Positions 18,071-26,896 of a DNA stretch of 64,000 nt are shown piece after piece (positions within the stretch are counted from its first letter, which is position 1; every line of letters starts with the position of its first letter). Origin of the DNA: an uncultured Acidobacteriota bacterium (GTDB lineage Bacteria; Acidobacteriota; Vicinamibacteria; Vicinamibacterales; UBA8438); contig CAJWLU010000005.1 in assembly GCA_913043225.1 (NCBI GenBank), positions 128,001-192,000 of the forward strand, in the 5' to 3' direction. The position numbers and the translations under genes are program-made. Below the pieces are notes generated by a model. The model saw only the letters and a list, made by a program, of their open reading frames with translations, did not search any database and was not told the origin of the DNA.

Positions 18071-18787
18071 ATGGCTGACACCTTCTACCGCTGGTTCTCC
18101 GAGCGGCGCCTCACCTCCTTTGGGAGCGCCCGTCGGGATCGTATCGAACGATCGCGCCTCGCCCTCCTCCAATCCGCCATCACGCCTCCGGGAGACATGC
18201 TGGAGATCGGTCCGGGCACCGGTTCGCTGGCGGCCGGGGCGATCGCTGCCGGCTGGTCCTATCGCGCCATCGAGGCCAGTGCGACCCTCGCCCGGGAACT
18301 GCGCGAGAAAGGCCTGGACGTCACCGAGGCGTGGGCACCCCCCATCGCGGCCGACGACGCCAGTTGCGACGTTGTGTACGCCGACCAGGTGCTCGAACAC
18401 ATGAGCGGCATCGATGCCGCGCGTGAGTTCGTCGCCGAGGCGCTCCGGGCCCTCCGCCCGAATGGCGTCTGCTTCATCGTCGTACCCGATTACCTGAAAG
18501 AGCGGACGTTCTTCTGGGACGTCGACTACACCCACAATTTCGTGACCACTGAGCGTCGGGTGCGGCAGTTGCTCTACGACGGGGGCTTCGAGGTCGAGCA
18601 GGTCGTCAGAAGCATTGGAGACGCGACCGGCCTCGCGCGTGACGCGCTGGCCGCAGGGGCCCTGCTCGTGAACATCCCTGGCGTCAACGCGCTCAGCCGC
18701 TACACCGGGACCGAAGATCTGCTCTTCCGGATTCGCAAGAACCTCTTCGAGACCCTTACCTTCGTGGCGCGGAAGCCCACCGTCTAG
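18071..18787 (+). CDS. Class I SAM-dependent methyltransferase
   Basis: MLEIGPGTG, CDVVYADQVLEH, LRPNG, DYTH. Confidence 0.88.
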   Translation: MADTFYRWFSERRLTSFGSARRDRIERSRLALLQSAITPPGDMLEIGPGTGSLAAGAIAAGWSYRAIEASATLARELREKGLDVTEAWAPPIAADDASCDVVYADQVLEHMSGIDAAREFVAEALRALRPNGVCFIVVPDYLKERTFFWDVDYTHNFVTTERRVRQLLYDGGFEVEQVVRSIGDATGLARDALAAGALLVNIPGVNALSRYTGTEDLLFRIRKNLFETLTFVARKPTV

Positions 18788-18804
18788 CTGCAGGCGATCC
18801 TTCC

Positions 18805-19728
18805 ATGTGGCGCTCGGTCTGGTTCCGCGGCGCCATCAGCCTCACCATCCTCGCGTATCTGGCGTCGCGCATCGACATGGGTGCGGCATTGGCCGCCCTC
18901 GTTCAGGTCAACCTCGGCTATCTGGCAGTCGTCCTCCTGCTCGTCGGTCTCGACCGGGCCGTAATGATCGCCCGCTGGCTGGTAGCGCTGCGAAGCAGCG
19001 GCAACGAGACGCCGCTCAAGTCCGTCGCCTGGATCTTCCTCGTCAGCTCGTTCATCGGGAGCGCCCTGCCGGCCAGCATCGGCGGCGACGCCGCACGCGC
19101 CTACACCCTGGCCCGCCGCACCGACGACGCAAGCGAGGCAGTGGCGTCGGTGGCCGTCGACCGGCTGTTCGGTATCCTCTCGCTGGCGATACTGACTGGC
19201 CTGGGCGCAACCGTCTGGCAAACGCCGGTCACCCTGCCGGTTAGCCTCATCCGGCTGGCCGCACTCCTCCTCATCGGCGCCGGCGCCTGCCTGTTGTGGT
19301 CGGATCTGTGGGCCCGCACGTTGGTACCGAAACGCTGGCACGCCACCCACCTTGGGCAGTCGCTGCTCGGGACAGCCGACGCCCTGGCCAGATATCGGCA
19401 ACGCGGTACCGCACTGCGGGGCGTACTCGCGCTGTCGGTACTCGTGCAGCTGCTCCGGATCTCGCAGGCCTACCTGCTCGGTCTCGGCTTGGGCCTAGAC
19501 GTCGCATTTGGCTACTACCTGCTGTTCATGCCAATCGGTCTGCTGATGCTGCTACTCCCGGTTTCGGTGGCCGGGTTTGGGCTGCCTCAAGGTGTCATCG
19601 TCTGGCTCCTGCGAGCCCAGGGTGTGGCCGACAGCCTGTCATTCGCACTCTCCACGCTGATCGTGCTGACCGGCCTGGCCGGCAACCTGCCAGGCGCCTG
19701 GCTTTACGCGCGCCGTAAAGAGCTATAA
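18805..19728 (+). CDS. Lysylphosphatidylglycerol-synthase TM (UPF0104) flippase-like membrane protein
   Basis: Polytopic; LPASIGGDAARAY, VAVDRLFG, LPVSVAGFG motifs. Confidence 0.85.
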   Translation: MWRSVWFRGAISLTILAYLASRIDMGAALAALVQVNLGYLAVVLLLVGLDRAVMIARWLVALRSSGNETPLKSVAWIFLVSSFIGSALPASIGGDAARAYTLARRTDDASEAVASVAVDRLFGILSLAILTGLGATVWQTPVTLPVSLIRLAALLLIGAGACLLWSDLWARTLVPKRWHATHLGQSLLGTADALARYRQRGTALRGVLALSVLVQLLRISQAYLLGLGLGLDVAFGYYLLFMPIGLLMLLLPVSVAGFGLPQGVIVWLLRAQGVADSLSFALSTLIVLTGLAGNLPGAWLYARRKEL

Positions 19729-19740
19729 AATAGAGGTTTA

Positions 19741-20892
19741 ATGGCACAGGTTTACGCCGCCAAGTACCTCGCCCGCGCCGCCGCCTCCGCTCCCCGCGAC
19801 CTGGCCAACGCCGCGCTCGCGAAGTTCAAGGCCATTCACCCGACGGTCCTCATCTACCACTGCACGTTTGTCTGCGATGCGCGCTGCGAAATGTGCAGCA
19901 ACTGGAAACGAGGCGACCGGAAGAGCGACATGACGCTCGAGGAAATCGAGCGCGCCTTCAGTTCCCCGTTCTGGCGCTACATCGAGAACGCAAACGTGTC
20001 AGGCGGCGAACCAACAACCCGTAACGATCTGGTGGACATCTGTCGGATCATGCTCGACAAGCTGCCCCGCCTGCGGAAGTTCGGTCTGAATACGACCGGT
20101 CTGACCCCGCACCGCGCCATCCCGATGCTGACCGACATCGTGAAGATGTGCGCCGAGCAGGACATCATCTTCAGCTTCCGAGTCTCGATCGACGGCGTCG
20201 GTGAGATGCACAACGAGGTGCGTCAGGTGCAGCGCGGTTTCGACAAGGCCAACGAGACTATCCGCGCCATGCAGGCGCTCCAGAAGGATTACCCGTTCAA
20301 CTTCGGCATCTCGACCACGATCTTCGGTCAGAACCTCGACGACGCGGAGAACATCCTGAACTGGGCCCGCGGCGAGAACCTCGACATCGTGTTCAACATG
20401 GTGCGATTCACCGATTCGATGCTGGGCAACAGCGACCTAGCCGAGAGCTGCACGCCGGTCGGTGAAGAAGAGGAGCGGATGCGGCAGTTCTTCCTCGACC
20501 GGGTACGGATCGACCCGCTGCTCGACGGACAGAACTATATCTACATGCACTACGCCGACATGATCGCCAACGGGTATCACCGGCTAGCACCCTGCCCCTT
20601 CCAGACCCAGGGCATCATGCTGAACCCGGACGGCGGGCTGTTTTTCTGCGAGAACAGTGAGGTCGTCGGCAACGTAAGGGACACCGACCCGGGCGAGATC
20701 TACTTCAGCCCGGAGAGCCAGGCACACCGCGAGGCGATCAAGAACGAGCAGTGCCCCACCTGTCTCAGCCCGTGCCAGATGAACGTGGCCGCCATCAAGC
20801 AGGTGGTACCCTACGCCAAGTTCCTGGCCCGCGCCTCACGCGAGAAACGGAAGCATCAACGAGTCGCGGCGGCGCGGTCGGCGACGAGCTAG
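19741..20892 (+). CDS. Radical SAM protein with SPASM/twitch-type C-terminal Cys cluster
   Basis: CDARCEMC (CxxxCxxC), SGGEP, SIDG, then C...NPDG..FFC...CPTCLSPC. Confidence 0.92.
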   Translation: MAQVYAAKYLARAAASAPRDLANAALAKFKAIHPTVLIYHCTFVCDARCEMCSNWKRGDRKSDMTLEEIERAFSSPFWRYIENANVSGGEPTTRNDLVDICRIMLDKLPRLRKFGLNTTGLTPHRAIPMLTDIVKMCAEQDIIFSFRVSIDGVGEMHNEVRQVQRGFDKANETIRAMQALQKDYPFNFGISTTIFGQNLDDAENILNWARGENLDIVFNMVRFTDSMLGNSDLAESCTPVGEEEERMRQFFLDRVRIDPLLDGQNYIYMHYADMIANGYHRLAPCPFQTQGIMLNPDGGLFFCENSEVVGNVRDTDPGEIYFSPESQAHREAIKNEQCPTCLSPCQMNVAAIKQVVPYAKFLARASREKRKHQRVAAARSATS

Positions 20893-21005
20893 AGTCGCAG
20901 GGAGTTCGGCGCCTCTCAGCCCCCGCCGCTCGGCTTTGCCTGAGCAGGCCAGGACAAGGCCGGCAAGTCGCTTCGCACGAGCAGCCATCACCCTGCTACC
21001 GGCGG

Positions 21006-21764
21006 TCACTTCCTCGCGAATGCCATCAGATGCCACCCGAAACGCCTGACCAGCGGTCTTGGAATCAGGTTGAATCCACCCACGAACACGCCGTTGTAGG
21101 CGGCCGCACGCCAGCCCTTGTGCAAGCGTGACCGGACCGGGAACCGCTCGGGCACAACCCGCCGGTCGGCGAAGCCGTCGAGGAGACGATGAAATTCCGG
21201 AATCGAGTACTTCTCGAGCACCGGCGCGTCGGCATGCTCGAGCCCGACCCCCATCAGGGCAGACATCGCATTGAGCCAGGATACGCGGTTGTACACCATG
21301 AAGATCGCCTGTCCGCCCGGCGTCAACACCCGACGGCATTCCTCCACCATCAGCCGGACATCGGCCGTGTACTGCAAGACCCCATGCGCATAGACCACGT
21401 CGAACGACGCGTCGTCGAACTGCAGCGCCTCGCCGTTGCCAACCCGGAGGTCACCCTGCCCAGCAAGCCCATGCAGGTCAAAGTTCTGCCGGGCCAGCTC
21501 GATCGATCGCTCGGCGAGATCAACGCCCGTGACGTCGGCGCCACCCCGCGCGAACCGCAGCAGATCGGTACCGATGCCGCACCCAACCTCCAGCAACCGC
21601 TGGCCGGTAAAGCCACCAAAATCGACCAAGCGAGGCAAATAGTGGAGCTTGTCGAACCGGTAGTCGTCGAGGTCGTCGAAGAACTCACGGGTGCCGACCG
21701 GATGGTCCGTCATCTCGAGATCGTGAATCCGTTCGTTCCAGTAGGCGGCGATCTGGTCGATCAT
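21006..21764 (-). CDS. Class I SAM-dependent methyltransferase
   Basis: LLEVGCGIGTD, GVDL, FDVVYAHGVL, RVLTPGG; start at ATG 21764. Confidence 0.9.
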   Translation of the reverse strand: MIDQIAAYWNERIHDLEMTDHPVGTREFFDDLDDYRFDKLHYLPRLVDFGGFTGQRLLEVGCGIGTDLLRFARGGADVTGVDLAERSIELARQNFDLHGLAGQGDLRVGNGEALQFDDASFDVVYAHGVLQYTADVRLMVEECRRVLTPGGQAIFMVYNRVSWLNAMSALMGVGLEHADAPVLEKYSIPEFHRLLDGFADRRVVPERFPVRSRLHKGWRAAAYNGVFVGGFNLIPRPLVRRFGWHLMAFARK

Positions 21765-21771
21765 CGGGGCG

Positions 21772-21781
21772 TAGAATAGCA
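21772..21781. promoter_or_regulatory. Overlapping bidirectional -10 elements in a 22-bp divergent gap
   Basis: TAGAAT (+, 21772-21777) lies 9 nt before TTG 21787; TGcTATTCT (-, 21773-21781) lies 8 nt before ATG 21764. Confidence 0.55.
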
Positions 21782-21786
21782 GCGTC

Positions 21787-23409
21787 TTGATACGAGACCT
21801 ACGCACCTTAGCCGACACCGAGTTCGACCTCCTCGTCGTCGGCGCCGGCATCTACGGAGCGGCCATCGCCTGGGACGCGGCTCAGCGCGGACTCACGGTG
21901 GCGCTGATCGACCGCGCCGACTTCGGTGGCGGCACGTCGGCCAACAGCATGAAGACGGTGCACGGTGGGGTCCGATCACTTCAGACCGGCAATCCGGCCG
22001 AGCTCAGGCTCTTCGTGCGTGAGCGACGCGCGCTCTCGAGAATCGCGCCGCATCTCGTACATCCGCTCCCGTTCGTGGTGCCGACCTACGGAGGTCTGAC
22101 CCGCCATCCGCTGGCGATGCAAGCTGCGTTTAAGCTCTACGACTTCCTCTCTAGCGACCGGAACGCACAGCTCGATCGCACCAGGCACCTTCCACCCAGT
22201 CGGCGCATCACTCGGGACGAGTGCCTCGCCCTGAACCCCTTGATCGATCCGGAGGGCGTGACCGGCGGCATCGTCTGGCACGACTGCCAAATGTATAACC
22301 CTGACCGGGTGGTGCTCGCCTTCGTACAGTCGGCAGCCGCGGCCGGCGCCAGTGTCTCGAATTACGTTGACGCGACGGGCTGGCTCCGGGCCGGGAAACA
22401 GATCACTGGTATGCGGGTGGAAGACCGGCTCGGCGCGGGCATGTTCGACATCCGCGCCAGACTCGTGGTCAATGCCGCCGGCCCGTGGAGCCCGCAGCTC
22501 ACGGCTACCCTACCACCGGCGCTCGCTGCGGGACATCCACCCGGCTTCTCCAAGGCGATGAACCTAGTGACCCGGTCCGTCGGGACACGAGAGGCGGTGG
22601 GAGGTGTCGCGAACGGTCGATTCCTGTTCATCGCCCCCTGGCGAGGTGTGTCCATCGTTGGCACGAGTCACGAACCGTACGCGGGCTCTCCGGGCTCGCC
22701 GCCGATCAGTGACGACGACGTCACCCGCTTCCTGACCGAGGTCCGACAGGCATTCCCGCGGGCCGGATTGGGACATGATGATGTGCGGCTCGTCCACCGG
22801 GGCCTGCTGCCGTCAGCCGACCCCGAAGGGGAGACCCTCTCCAAGCAGAGCCTGGTGCGCGACCACCGCCAGGACGGCACCCCAGGCCTGATGAGCGCCA
22901 TCGGCGTGCGCTACACCACCGCACGAGCCACGGCCGCCGAGGCCACCGACCTGGCTCTCAAGATCCTGGGCCAGACACCGCGTCCTTCGCGGACCGCGAC
23001 CACGCCGCTCGCCGGTGGCGACCTCCACGACTGGGACAGCTTCCTCGACACCGCTGTGCCGTCGGACGTCCCGCTCGCCCTGGCCGACCGACGACGCCTG
23101 GCAGCCACCTACGGCACCGGCTGCCACACGCTGATTGACGCGCTAACCGCCGACCAGGAGCTGGCATCGCCTCTCTCCGACACCTGCCCAGTAACCCGCG
23201 GCGAGATCGCGCATGCCGTGCGAACGGAGATGGCGGTGGCGTTGTCAGATGCGGTGCTCCGGCGGACCGAAGCCGGGTCTGCGGGACATCCCGGGCCAGA
23301 AGCGCTTAAGGAAGCTGCCAACGTCATGGGCGCGCTGCGCTCTTGGTCGTCCGAGGAACGAGCGGCCCAAATCGCTGAGGTCGAACGTCACTACAGGCTG
23401 AACGCCTGA
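21787..23409 (+). CDS. FAD-dependent glycerol-3-phosphate dehydrogenase/oxidase family protein (GlpD-like)
   Basis: VVGAGIYG, DFGGGTSANSMKTVHGGVR, VNAAGPW, EMAVALSDAVLRRT; TTG start. Confidence 0.85.
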   Translation: MIRDLRTLADTEFDLLVVGAGIYGAAIAWDAAQRGLTVALIDRADFGGGTSANSMKTVHGGVRSLQTGNPAELRLFVRERRALSRIAPHLVHPLPFVVPTYGGLTRHPLAMQAAFKLYDFLSSDRNAQLDRTRHLPPSRRITRDECLALNPLIDPEGVTGGIVWHDCQMYNPDRVVLAFVQSAAAAGASVSNYVDATGWLRAGKQITGMRVEDRLGAGMFDIRARLVVNAAGPWSPQLTATLPPALAAGHPPGFSKAMNLVTRSVGTREAVGGVANGRFLFIAPWRGVSIVGTSHEPYAGSPGSPPISDDDVTRFLTEVRQAFPRAGLGHDDVRLVHRGLLPSADPEGETLSKQSLVRDHRQDGTPGLMSAIGVRYTTARATAAEATDLALKILGQTPRPSRTATTPLAGGDLHDWDSFLDTAVPSDVPLALADRRRLAATYGTGCHTLIDALTADQELASPLSDTCPVTRGEIAHAVRTEMAVALSDAVLRRTEAGSAGHPGPEALKEAANVMGALRSWSSEERAAQIAEVERHYRLNA

Positions 23410-23412
23410 GGC

Positions 23413-25305
23413 TCAGTCCAGCCAGGCTTGCGCCCAGCGCTCCAGCACCATGAAGCAGAACAGCTGATGGGCGAAATTCTCGCGCCCCGCTACATGCTCG
23501 TCCATCATCCGCGTGACCAGCGCCGGCTCAAGCCACCCGCGGCGCTCGACGCGATCCGGCGCGAGCAGGTCCCGCATCAGCGGCGCCCAATCGTCCCGTA
23601 GCCACTGCTTCATCGGGATCGAGAATCCCTCCTTGCCACGGGTCAGGATCGCCTCCGGCAAGCGGTCTCGCATGGCGGCCTTCAAGACATGCTTGCGCTG
23701 ACCCTGGTGAAGTTTCATGGTCCCAGGCATGGAGAAAGCGAGTTCCATCACATCCACGTCCAAGAACGGTGCCCGCGTCTCGAGGGAGGTCGCCATGCTC
23801 ATCCTGTCGACCTTCGCCAGGATGTCATCGTTCAAATAAACCTGCAGGTCAGCATAGAGCTGGCGATTGAGCAGATCATCGGTGTGCGCCCCACGAAGAT
23901 GGCGCCGGATCGGAGCGTAGACGTCGCTCGATAAGAGCGCATCTTGGAGCGCTGGGGTGTAGAGTCGGCGCTTCACTCCCACATCCAGGAAGGTCATCCA
24001 GCGATAGTGCGCGATCGCACTCGGTGCGGTGGCAAGGCCCAGCGTGAAGCGGCGAAGTTTGTTGACCAGTCCCTTCTTCTTCTCGCTCGGAGGCAGCAGG
24101 GCGGTTACCGATGACAGGAGCGGCATCGCCGCGTCGGGCACAACGAGCGCCACCTGTCGCGCCAGCGCCTCGGCCTCATACGCGTCGTAGCCGGCGAAGA
24201 GCTCGTCTCCTCCGTCACCGGACAACGCTACCGTCACATGCTCCCGCGCCACCTGGGAAACCAGGTAGGTCGGAAACAGTGACACGTCGCCAAATGGCTG
24301 GTCGAAGTGGGTGACGAGTTGGTCGAACAGCGCTAACAGATCCGGCTCGACCATTCGTTCGTGATGGTCGGTGCCAAAAGCCGACGCCACCTCTCTAGCG
24401 TAGGGCAACTCGTTGTAGCTCGCCGCTTCGAACCCCATGCTGAAGGTCTTGACCCGGTCACCCTGCCCTGCCGCCTCGACCATCAGCGACACGACCGCAC
24501 TCGAGTCGATCCCACCCGACAGGAAGGCACCCAGCGGCACGTCGGACATCATCTGTCCCGCCACCGCCCGCTCCAACGCTTCGCGAAGCGCATCAGCTGC
24601 CTCGGCCTCATCCCAGCGCCGCATCTCAATCGCGGCGACATCCCAGTAGCGCTCGACCCGCACCGCCCCACGCTCGTAGAGCAAATAGTGAGCGGGCGGC
24701 AGCGCCCGGACCTCGCTGAAGATCGTGCGCGGGGTCAGGACGTACTCGTAGGTCAGGAATTGGTCGAGTGCCTCAAGATCGACCTGCCGCGAGATCTCGG
24801 AACGGGTGAGCAACGCCTTGATCTCGGACCCGAACAGGAACTGCGCGGGCGTCTGTGAGTAGTAGAACGGCTTCTCTCCCGCGCGATCTCGGCCACAAAA
24901 CAACCGACGGGCACCCTCGTCCCAGAGCGCGAACGCGAACATCCCGCGGAGCCGCCCGAGGATCTCGACACCGAACGCCTCGTAGCCATGCACCAACACC
25001 TCGATATCGGACCGACTCCGAAACCGGTGCCCCCTGGCCTCGAGTTCCGACCGCAGTTCGAGGTGGTTGTAGATCTCGCCATTCGCTACGAGATGAATCG
25101 TCCTGTCCTCGTTCGAGAACGGCTGCTGCCCCCCGTCCACGTCGATGATGGAGAGCCGACGCATCCCCAGTCCGACACCGGCTCCGAGGTGCAATCCTTC
25201 ATCGTCCGGTCCTCGGTGACGGAGCGCATCGACCATCCGCCGGAACGCGTCCTGGTCCACGGGGCGGGCTAGGTCTCGTTCGACGATGCCGGCAATACCG
25301 CACAT
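23413..25305 (-). CDS. asnB: Asparagine synthase (glutamine-hydrolysing)-type amidotransferase
   Basis: N-terminal MCGIAG, RGPD, NGEIYNH, LSGGIDSS, SGDGGDE, ETRAPFLD; start at ATG 25305. Confidence 0.93.
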   Translation of the reverse strand: MCGIAGIVERDLARPVDQDAFRRMVDALRHRGPDDEGLHLGAGVGLGMRRLSIIDVDGGQQPFSNEDRTIHLVANGEIYNHLELRSELEARGHRFRSRSDIEVLVHGYEAFGVEILGRLRGMFAFALWDEGARRLFCGRDRAGEKPFYYSQTPAQFLFGSEIKALLTRSEISRQVDLEALDQFLTYEYVLTPRTIFSEVRALPPAHYLLYERGAVRVERYWDVAAIEMRRWDEAEAADALREALERAVAGQMMSDVPLGAFLSGGIDSSAVVSLMVEAAGQGDRVKTFSMGFEAASYNELPYAREVASAFGTDHHERMVEPDLLALFDQLVTHFDQPFGDVSLFPTYLVSQVAREHVTVALSGDGGDELFAGYDAYEAEALARQVALVVPDAAMPLLSSVTALLPPSEKKKGLVNKLRRFTLGLATAPSAIAHYRWMTFLDVGVKRRLYTPALQDALLSSDVYAPIRRHLRGAHTDDLLNRQLYADLQVYLNDDILAKVDRMSMATSLETRAPFLDVDVMELAFSMPGTMKLHQGQRKHVLKAAMRDRLPEAILTRGKEGFSIPMKQWLRDDWAPLMRDLLAPDRVERRGWLEPALVTRMMDEHVAGRENFAHQLFCFMVLERWAQAWLD

Positions 25306-25429
25306 GACTAGGAGGGTAACAAAGAGGACGGCCGCGCTTCGCGACTGGCCGGGCAGAAAGAACACCCGATGGTACAATGCGTCAGAACGCCAGCGCCAGC
25401 CAGCGCCCGGCATCTCACACATTCCATCG

Positions 25430-26896
25430 ATGGTCCACTCACCTCCCGTGTCAACCGCGATGCCGACCGTAGTCTGCCGGCTCGCCTCCATTGCGGGCCT
25501 AGCCCTAACGGCGGCCTGCGGTCCAACGGCCGGCGACACCTCAGAGACCGCGCCGATCCAACCGGCCTCGGCCGCGATAGCCCCTGACGGGGTTGCCGCC
25601 GTCACCGGAGGACATACCCGGGCTGTCTGGATTCAGGACCAGGGCGATGGCACCGACATCCTCGGATTCGGTAATCAGGTGACGATCGTCGGCTTCGACA
25701 GCGATGACGGACAGGGGGAACGGGCGATCGTGGCCGCTGCGGGAACGTTTGCTAAGCCGCTGTTCACCCGCAATGGCGACCGGGTCATCTATGCCGACCG
25801 GACCAATGACGCGGTGCGGGTCGTAAATTTCGATGGCACGGACGACCGTCGCGTCACCACCGGCTTCCCCCTTGCCACCTGGATCGATCCAGAAAGCAGC
25901 GTCGAGTGGGTGTACGTCGGTACCGCGCCGCAAGGTACCGACCCGGAATCGTATGGCCAGGTCCACCGGCACCAGATCGACCAGCCGGACCAGCCGGAAC
26001 TTGTCTGGGACCGCAGGTCGGTCAGTGGCGACAGCTTCCAGGTGTCACGGGACGGCCGTCTCGCCGGCGCCCTCGCGCGGTGGCCCGAGGCTGGGCTGCT
26101 CGAGCTGCCCAACGGTGAGTGGCATCCGCTGGGCGAAGGCTGCTGGACCTCTCTAGCGGCCGACGACAGCGGGCTGTTCTGGTACTTCGACGGCCAGCAC
26201 CGAAATCTCACCATCGTGGACAACGACGCCGATGACCGCTGGACCGTCAACATCAACAGCGCCCCGGGCATCGACGGCTTCGAGGTCTACCATCCACGCT
26301 GGTCGAATCATCCGCGTTTTCTGGTCATGACCGGACCCTACACGGAGGGGGGCGGAGGCAACAAGATCCGCGGCGGCGGCCAAGGGGTGGAGATTCACGT
26401 GGGCCGCTTCTCTGCCGATCATCGCCGGGTGGAGGCCTGGACCCGGATCTCGACCAACGACGTCGCCGACTTCTACCCTGACGTATGGATTGCACCGGAC
26501 GTCGCCGTGCCGTCGAGCCCCACGACGGCTGCCGGCGAGGGCGTGGCCGATGTCACAGCCGACGCTCCGATCTTGGTGGCGGTACGGGTCACCCAATCGG
26601 TACCCCTACCCTCGCCAGCCGATATCGCCCCTTACCGCAACGGTCTTCTCGTCCTCGAGTACGACGTCGTGGAGATCATTGACGGGACCTACTCGGAGGA
26701 CACCGTACTCGCCGCGCACTGGATCATCGCGGACGGAGAGACGCTCGTCGCGGCTCGTCGCCCTGCTGGAACAACGCTCCGACTTCGCCTCGAGCCCTAC
26801 ACCGCGCACCCCGAGCTCGAAGGTGAGCGCCTGGTGATGAACAGCGACCGCTTTGATCTCCCTCTCCTCTACGACGTCGCCTCGGATCCACGGTGA
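25430..26896 (+). CDS. Lipoprotein with TolB-like beta-propeller and C-terminal beta domain
   Basis: Lipobox LALTAA-C, propeller-like repeats (KPLFTRNGDRVIY, HPRWSNHP), C-terminal PADIAPY..LEYDV..AHW. Start ATG 25430 or 25460; GTGA overlap with the next gene. Confidence 0.6.
   Translation: MVHSPPVSTAMPTVVCRLASIAGLALTAACGPTAGDTSETAPIQPASAAIAPDGVAAVTGGHTRAVWIQDQGDGTDILGFGNQVTIVGFDSDDGQGERAIVAAAGTFAKPLFTRNGDRVIYADRTNDAVRVVNFDGTDDRRVTTGFPLATWIDPESSVEWVYVGTAPQGTDPESYGQVHRHQIDQPDQPELVWDRRSVSGDSFQVSRDGRLAGALARWPEAGLLELPNGEWHPLGEGCWTSLAADDSGLFWYFDGQHRNLTIVDNDADDRWTVNINSAPGIDGFEVYHPRWSNHPRFLVMTGPYTEGGGGNKIRGGGQGVEIHVGRFSADHRRVEAWTRISTNDVADFYPDVWIAPDVAVPSSPTTAAGEGVADVTADAPILVAVRVTQSVPLPSPADIAPYRNGLLVLEYDVVEIIDGTYSEDTVLAAHWIIADGETLVAARRPAGTTLRLRLEPYTAHPELEGERLVMNSDRFDLPLLYDVASDPR

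Noticed and set aside
11488..20892. Possible hopanoid tailoring cluster (HpnA-like epimerase, HpnL-like membrane protein, radical SAM)
   Set aside because: No squalene-hopene cyclase or squalene synthase in the window, and these families are generic in glycan loci.
19741..20892. Radical SAM/SPASM as a RiPP maturase
   Set aside because: No precursor peptide, RRE/PqqD domain, peptidase or exporter nearby; the context is glycan or lipid tailoring.
20893..21005. GC-rich self-complementary gap between convergent genes as an ncRNA (SRP or 6S)
   Set aside because: No SRP GGAA-loop/AGCAG signature in the right arrangement and too short for 6S; pairing is explainable by GC content or a terminator.
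23413..25305. AsnB as a lasso-peptide cyclase
   Set aside because: It has an intact N-terminal Cys glutaminase domain, and there is no B protein or precursor.
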